Virus record (IMG/VR): IMGVR_UViG_3300024346_000020
DNA from: a virus
Taxonomy: Duplodnaviria > Heunggongvirae > Uroviricota > Caudoviricetes
Direction: 5' to 3' (one strand)
Length of the DNA: 12,199 nt
A model generated the notes under the pieces. The model was not told the origin of the DNA. It did no database searches and saw only the letters and a program-made list of their open reading frames with translations. Both the position numbers and the translations under genes were made by a program. Shown piece by piece: positions 9,015 to 12,199 of the stretch (within the stretch, counting starts at the first letter, position 1; every line of letters starts with the position of its first letter).

Positions 9015-9362
9015 TTGCATATCAGTTGTAATCTCAATCTTGAAACCAAATCCAGAATCATCATCTGATGTATATCTAATTTCTGAATCATATCCTCTAC
9101 CACCATCAAATGTTTTTGGTTTTGGACCTGTCATTTGTTGTTGTCTTCTCATTTGGCTATTTCTTTCTTCAGCTTCTTGTTGAGCAACCATTTCTTCAAA
9201 TGTTAAACCTGGTTGTTGAACTGGAACTTCCTGACGAGTTGTAAATTGTTCTGGTTGATGTCCATATTTACGAAGTAGTTGTTCTGCTTCCCAACTTGGA
9301 ATATTTGCTGGTTTAGTTTCCTCTGATTGAGGTTCGATCATTCTTACTTGAGGTCTTTCCAT
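9000..9362 (-). CDS. Hypothetical Q/E/P-rich protein (120 aa)
   Basis: Intact ORF preceded by the TAATATATAAC motif at 23 nt; 15-nt tail-to-tail overlap with 8784..9014. Confidence 0.75.
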   Translation of the reverse strand: MERPQVRMIEPQSEETKPANIPSWEAEQLLRKYGHQPEQFTTRQEVPVQQPGLTFEEMVAQQEAEERNSQMRRQQQMTGPKPKTFDGGRGYDSEIRYTSDDDSGFGFKIEITTDMQLPRY

Positions 9363-9385
9363 CTTTAATAAATTATTTTATATAA

Positions 9386-9396
9386 GTTATATATTA
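9386..9396 (-). promoter_or_regulatory. TAATATATAAC motif, candidate phage late promoter
   Basis: 23 nt upstream of the ATG at 9362. Confidence 0.55.
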
Positions 9397-9419
9397 AAAA
9401 TTATTACTACATTTACATT

Positions 9420-9992
9420 ATGAAAGTTATAGGTATAACAGGAGGGATTGGTTCTGGAAAGACAACAATTACAAAGTATATTGAATCTTTGGGTTATCCT
9501 GTTTATATTGCAGATGATGAAGCCAAAAAAATACTTGATACCGAAGAAGTAGTAAATGAAATTAGAAATACCTTTGGAGAAGAAATTATCGAGAATAATT
9601 TGGTAGATAAGAAAAAGTTAGCTACTTTTGTATTCGGAAATGAGAATAACCTCAAAAAAATAAATGAGATTGTTCATCCAAAAGTAAGACAACACTTTAA
9701 TAACTGGTTAAAACAATGGGATAAACCTTTTGTAGTTAAAGAAGCAGCTATCTTATTTGAAAGTGGTGCTTATAAAGATTGTGATTTTACAATTTTAGTA
9801 ACAGCACCAGAAGATGTCAGAGTTGAAAGAGTTATCAAACGGGATAACACTAACAAAGAAGATGTCATTAAAAGAATAAGAACTCAATGGTCTGATGAGG
9901 ATAAAGCTAAATTAGCAGATTTTGTAATACAAAATATAGATTTAGAACAATCTAAGAAAGAAATTGATCAAATATTGGTAACTATAAAATAA
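9420..9992 (+). CDS. coaE: Dephospho-CoA kinase
   Basis: N-terminal IGITGGIGSGKTT P-loop plus the typical CoaE segments FVFGN...INEIVHPKV, EAAILFE, ILVTAPEDVRVERVIKRD, RIRTQ and ADFVIQN. Length 190 aa. Confidence 0.95.
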   Translation: MKVIGITGGIGSGKTTITKYIESLGYPVYIADDEAKKILDTEEVVNEIRNTFGEEIIENNLVDKKKLATFVFGNENNLKKINEIVHPKVRQHFNNWLKQWDKPFVVKEAAILFESGAYKDCDFTILVTAPEDVRVERVIKRDNTNKEDVIKRIRTQWSDEDKAKLADFVIQNIDLEQSKKEIDQILVTIK

Positions 9993-9996
9993 AAAT

Positions 9997-10224
9997 ATGA
10001 TAAAATCGTTACAACTTTATAGAGAATATAAAGATAGAGTTACAAATAAAGGTTATAATTTTATAGAATGGGTAGATATAAAATATCCAGAGTTGAGAAT
10101 TAAAAGTTTTCAAGATAGATTTATACAGGATTGGCTTAATGGTACATCAAATATTCATAGTAATAATACTTTTATACTATGGTTATGTAAGAATTATTAC
10201 ATTGTTGATGTAAATAATGATTAA
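9997..10224 (+). CDS. Hypothetical protein (75 aa)
   Basis: Starts 4 nt after the coaE stop with an A-rich initiation context. No recognisable motif. Confidence 0.65.
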   Translation: MIKSLQLYREYKDRVTNKGYNFIEWVDIKYPELRIKSFQDRFIQDWLNGTSNIHSNNTFILWLCKNYYIVDVNND

Positions 10225-10269
10225 ATTTTGAAAAAATGTTCAAAAATATGAAAAGGTAGAAAAACTTTT

Positions 10270-10279
10270 TAATATATAG
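10270..10279 (+). promoter_or_regulatory. TAATATATAG variant of the candidate late promoter, upstream of the two CAU tRNAs
   Basis: 9/9 match to the TAATATATA core, intergenic, 16 nt before the first tRNA-like gene. Confidence 0.4.
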
Positions 10280-10295
10280 AACTATAAACATATAT

Positions 10296-10366
10296 CGCGT
10301 TAAAGTGTAAAGGTTGCATGAGAGTCTCATAAACTCCACGGGGTGGTTCGAATCCACGAAACGCTA
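10296..10366 (+). tRNA. Atypical tRNA-like gene, anticodon CAT (Met or Ile2; possibly non-functional)
   Basis: Anticodon arm agagt-ctCATaa-actcc; T arm gtgg-ttcgaat-ccac; acceptor cgcgtt/aacgct with C1:U72 mismatch. Mismatches at 7:66 and 49:65, and A rather than U at position 8. Confidence 0.55.
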
Positions 10367-10412
10367 CAAAAGAGATAGATAACGATTTAGATACAAGTCT
10401 CAAAGAATATAT

Positions 10413-10485
10413 CGCGGGATAGAGCAGTTGGCAGCTCGTGTGGCTCATAACCATAAGGTCGGAGGTTCGAGTCCTTCTCCCGCTA
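10413..10485 (+). tRNA. trnfM: tRNA-Met(CAT), initiator (fMet)-like
   Basis: cgcggga/tcccgct acceptor with C1:U72 mismatch, fMet-type D arm, CAT at 10446-10448, T arm ggagg-ttcgagt-ccttc. Only two of the three diagnostic anticodon-stem G-C pairs are present. Confidence 0.85.
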
Positions 10486-10509
10486 CTAAATAAAAAAAGT
10501 TAAAAAAGA

Positions 10510-10540
10510 TTTGGTGGGTTAAAAACTTATCGTATCTTTG
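10510..10540 (+). promoter_or_regulatory. Bacteroidetes-type housekeeping sigma promoter driving the leader and tRNA array
   Basis: TTTG 10510-10513, 19-nt spacer, TATCTTTG 10533-10540. Confidence 0.8.
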
Positions 10541-10581
10541 CATAGAAGAATTAAAAAACAACAATTTAAAAAATAGAAAAA

Positions 10582-10683
10582 ATGACAACAATTACTAACA
10601 TAACAATAGCTATCGAAGCCATAGGCGGGTATGAAGCGGGGTATACAATACCATCGGTCAGAAGCGTTATGTGTATAAAGTAA
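10582..10683 (+). CDS. Putative attenuator leader peptide (33 aa, MTTITNITIAIEAIGGYEAGYTIPSVRSVMCIK)
   Basis: Below the ORF-track cutoff. A-rich initiation region typical of Bacteroidetes (aaaaaatagaaaaaATG). Sits between a consensus promoter and an intrinsic terminator; TAA at 10681-10683. Confidence 0.65.
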   Translation: MTTITNITIAIEAIGGYEAGYTIPSVRSVMCIK

Positions 10684-10709
10684 TGAGTTAAAAAACATTA
10701 TTATATAAC

Positions 10710-10747
10710 AAACCCAATCTGACGTAAAAATCAGATTGGGTTTTTTT
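10710..10747 (+). terminator. Intrinsic terminator, probably conditional (attenuator)
   Basis: aaacccaatctga (10710-10722), 8-nt loop, tcagattgggttt (10731-10743); T7 tract 10741-10747. Ends 14 nt before tRNA-Tyr. Confidence 0.9.
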
Positions 10748-10761
10748 ATTGAATTATATCT

Positions 10762-10843
10762 GGGTAGATATGCAAGTGGTTAAAGCTGGCAGACTGTAAA
10801 TCTGTTCTCATCGAGTTCGGGGGTTCGAATCCCTCTCTGCCCA
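10762..10843 (+). tRNA. trnY: tRNA-Tyr(GTA), canonical class II
   Basis: gggtaga/tctgccc acceptor, gcaga-ctGTAaa-tctgt, long variable arm ctc-atc-gag, ggggg-ttcgaat-ccctc, A73. Confidence 0.95.
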
Positions 10844-10851
10844 CAAAATAT

Positions 10852-10924
10852 GGTGTATTCGTCTAGCGGTAAGGATTACGCTTTTTCAAAGCGGAGGACG
10901 TCGGTTCGAATCCGACATACACTA
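10852..10924 (+). tRNA. trnE: tRNA-Glu(TTC)
   Basis: ggtgtat/atacact acceptor, cgct-ttTTCaa-agcg anticodon arm, gtcgg-ttcgaat-ccgac T arm. Confidence 0.9.
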
Positions 10925-10989
10925 CAAAGATGTAAATAAGTTATAACAGGATAGTAAGACCTAACACCGTGTAAATGATATATCTAATC

Positions 10990-11057
10990 GGGATGGATTA
11001 TGGTGATAGCCGGGTCTGTAAAACCCTAGCAGGAGAGTTCGAGTCTCTCGCATCCCA
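10990..11057 (+). tRNA. Compact atypical tRNA, anticodon GTA (Tyr-like), 68 nt
   Basis: gggatg/catccc acceptor (7:66 mismatch), D arm ttat-ggtg-atag with 4-nt loop, gggt-ctGTAaa-accc, 5-nt variable loop, gagag-ttcgagt-ctctc. Confidence 0.65.
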
Positions 11058-11065
11058 CAAAATAT

Positions 11066-11139
11066 GCTCTTGTCGTCTAACGGTAGGACTCCAGCTTCTC
11101 AAGCTGATGTAAATGCGGGTTCGATCCCCGTCAAGAGTA
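11066..11139 (+). tRNA. trnE: tRNA-Glu(CTC)
   Basis: gctcttg/caagagt acceptor, cagc-ttCTCaa-gctg, 7-nt variable region, gcggg-ttcgatc-cccgt. Confidence 0.88.
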
Positions 11140-11146
11140 CAAAATT

Positions 11147-11255
11147 GGGTTAACTTCCGGTGTAGGAACCGGCGTCCTCGTGTGAGAGAGGAAGCTAACA
11201 AAGCTAAGGAAAATGGTGGTAAACAAACCACGAGGTGCGAGACCCCTTTAGCCCA
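11147..11255 (+). ncRNA. 109-nt tRNA-like structured RNA with extra arms
   Basis: 7-bp terminal stem gggttaa/ttagccc + A and the same caaa trailer as the tRNAs. Hairpins ccgg/ccgg, tcctc/gagga (8-nt loop), agct/agct and tggt/acca, plus an imperfect T-like arm with loop tgcgaga. Confidence 0.55.
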
Positions 11256-11262
11256 CAAAGTA

Positions 11263-11367
11263 GATATTTGAGTGTAAGCAAGTACAATATCAGTCGTTAG
11301 GTTCTTACAGACAGTGAACGGTGGTCCGAATGTCATTATTCGGTGATGGATACCGGCAACTCCATCA
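11263..11367 (+). ncRNA. Candidate structured RNA (possible pseudoknot plus two hairpins)
   Basis: gatatt/aatatc, tgtaag/cttaca (crossing), ccgaat/attcgg, tgatgga/tccatca. Boundaries uncertain. Confidence 0.4.
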
Positions 11368-11372
11368 TATAT

Positions 11373-11444
11373 GATCCGGTCTTCTAATGGTCAGGAATCC
11401 AGGTTTTCATCCTGGCAATCGGGGTTCGATCCCCCGTCGGATTA
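11373..11444 (+). tRNA. trnE: tRNA-Glu(TTC)
   Basis: gatccgg/tcggatt acceptor, ccagg-ttTTCat-cctgg, cgggg-ttcgatc-ccccg. Confidence 0.92.
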
Positions 11445-11455
11445 CAAAAAAATAT

Positions 11456-11530
11456 TGGTAAGTAGCTTAGACGGTAGAAGCATCTGTCTTATACACAGAA
11501 GATAGTCGGGTTCGATACCCACCTTACCAA
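11456..11530 (+). tRNA. trnI: tRNA-Ile(TAT)
   Basis: tggtaag/cttacca acceptor, D stem gctt/aagc, tctgt-ctTATac-acaga (TAT 11490-11492), T arm gt(c)ggg-ttcgata-cccac with one bulged C. Confidence 0.85.
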
Positions 11531-11539
11531 CAAAAAATT

Positions 11540-11611
11540 GCGGGAGTCGTATAATGGCTATTATGCTGGACTTCCAATCCAGAGATGAGGTTTCGACTAC
11601 CTTCTCCCGCA
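11540..11611 (+). tRNA. trnG: tRNA-Gly(TCC), atypical (U53:A61, A73)
   Basis: gcgggag/ctcccgc, ctgga-ctTCCaa-tccag, gaggt-ttcgact-acctt. Confidence 0.85.
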
Positions 11612-11674
11612 CAGAATATGGAATAACATCGGTCCCGTAATGCCATGGCTCGTGCACGAGTAACGGGATGCCAT

Positions 11675-11747
11675 GCAAAAGTAGCTCAGTTGGTAGAGCT
11701 CCTGCCTTCCAAGCAGGTTGTCGCGAGTTCGAATCTCGTCTTTTGCT
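11675..11747 (+). tRNA. trnG: tRNA-Gly(TCC), canonical
   Basis: gcaaaag/cttttgc, cctgc-ctTCCaa-gcagg, gcgag-ttcgaat-ctcgt, U73. Confidence 0.95.
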
Positions 11748-11752
11748 CACAT

Positions 11753-11790
11753 GCCGGAGGACTCCCTGTTAGTCCCAGGGTCCGGCTCCA
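11753..11790 (+). ncRNA. Candidate Gly-like minihelix ending in UCCA
   Basis: gccgga/tccggc stem followed by T-CCA; GC-rich interior with alternative 5-bp helices. Confidence 0.35.
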
Positions 11791-11794
11791 ATAT

Positions 11795-11866
11795 GCGAAA
11801 ATAGCTCAGTGGTAGAGCACCACCTTGCCAAGGTGGGGGTCGCGGGTTCAACCCCCGTTTTTCGCT
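11795..11866 (+). tRNA. trnG: tRNA-Gly(GCC)
   Basis: gcgaaaa/ttttcgc, ccacc-ttGCCaa-ggtgg, gcggg-ttcaacc-cccgt, U73. Confidence 0.95.
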
Positions 11867-11945
11867 CAGTATAAGTGGTTTAAGTTGTAGAAATCTCTAT
11901 ATCTAAGACGTTAGATGTAAATTTTTATACACCACTTTAATTATA

Positions 11946-12089
11946 AAGATAGTAGTAATATAAAGCGTTACTTCGTATTCAAACGACTATTATAGGTTCG
12001 AATCCTATTGTCCGCACAAATAATTTAAAATGCGGATATAGTGTAATGGTAGCACAGTAAAAACACGTTTAATAAACTTTCTCTATCTT
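11946..12089 (+). ncRNA. Circularly permuted tRNA mimic with paired termini; YrlA-type Y RNA-like
   Basis: T arm (11992-12008) and acceptor 3' strand tgtccgc (12009-12015) come before the complementary acceptor 5' strand gcggata (12032-12038) and D arm (12041-12055). Flanks pair: ttac/gtaa, aagcg/cgttt, aagatag/ctatctt. Confidence 0.7.
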
Positions 12090-12095
12090 ATTTTT

Positions 12096-12169
12096 GGGGG
12101 ATTAGCTCAGATGGCTAGAGCGCTTGCCTTGCACGCAAGAGGCCACCGGTTCGACTCCGGTATTCTCCA
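12096..12169 (+). tRNA. trnA: tRNA-Ala(TGC)
   Basis: gggggat/attctcc with G3:U70, cttgc-ctTGCac-gcaag, accgg-ttcgact-ccggt. Confidence 0.95.
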
Positions 12170-12179
12170 CAACAATTTT

Positions 12180-12199
12180 GGGGTCACATGTTCCAAGGC
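12180..12199 (+). tRNA. Probable 5' end of a further tRNA, truncated by the window edge
   Basis: GGGG-start after a short A/T spacer, matching array spacing. Only 20 nt visible, so the isotype cannot be assigned. Confidence 0.3.

Noticed and set aside
8825-9109. 94-aa minus-strand ORF
   Set aside because: Overlaps both 8784..9014 (antisense) and 9000..9362 (other frame), each better supported by coupling or an upstream motif.
10226-10245. Inverted repeat ttttgaa-N6-ttcaaaa as terminator or operator
   Set aside because: Almost all A/T with no U tract; expected by chance in this composition.
11140-11372. Theta/HDV-like or hammerhead ribozyme, or tmRNA
   Set aside because: Could not fit the nested double pseudoknot directly after a tRNA 3' end, a CUGAUGA/GAAA core, or tmRNA termini and tag ORF.
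10172-11750. Minus-strand ORFs 10172..10357, 10269..10454, 10998..11336, 11442..11750
   Set aside because: Antisense to tRNA and ncRNA genes or their promoter; open frames arise from the higher GC of tRNA sequence.
10207-11921. Recurring GATGTAAAT (about 10207, 10929, 11106, 11914)
   Set aside because: Contexts are inconsistent (CDS, spacer, tRNA variable loop) with no fixed spacing; likely chance in AT-rich DNA.
11973-11986. Opal (TCA) suppressor or Sec tRNA, and stop-codon recoding
   Set aside because: The attcaa loop is 6 nt and a TCA register breaks the stem. All long ORFs are intact in code 11 and end in TAA or TGA, so there is no evidence of recoding in this window.

Overview
This is an AT-rich segment that most likely comes from a large tailed phage of a Bacteroidetes host. 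The host is inferred from two TTTG-N19-TAnnTTTG promoters and a Flavobacteria-like CoaE; phage origin is inferred from gene content. Bases 1-7960 hold three minus-strand G/S/T/N-rich virion or tail-fibre-like genes. Two are adjacent paralogs with a near-identical 5' end, and the first runs off the window. Bases 8028-10224 hold small hypothetical genes (two with a UVR-like motif, three sharing a C-terminal LRxxxI tag), one oppositely oriented gene and coaE. Bases 10296-12199 are a dense tRNA array of 12 tRNA or tRNA-like genes plus one truncated at the edge, several non-canonical. The strongest signals are: (1) a promoter, 33-codon leader peptide, alternative antiterminator helix and intrinsic terminator in front of most of the array, i.e. 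a candidate translation-sensing attenuator for phage tRNAs; (2) a circularly permuted tRNA mimic with paired ends, resembling YrlA-type Y RNAs; (3) several other unannotated structured RNAs between the tRNAs; (4) a TAATATATAA motif at fixed spacing upstream of minus-strand genes, a candidate late promoter. All structures were folded by eye and no searches were run.
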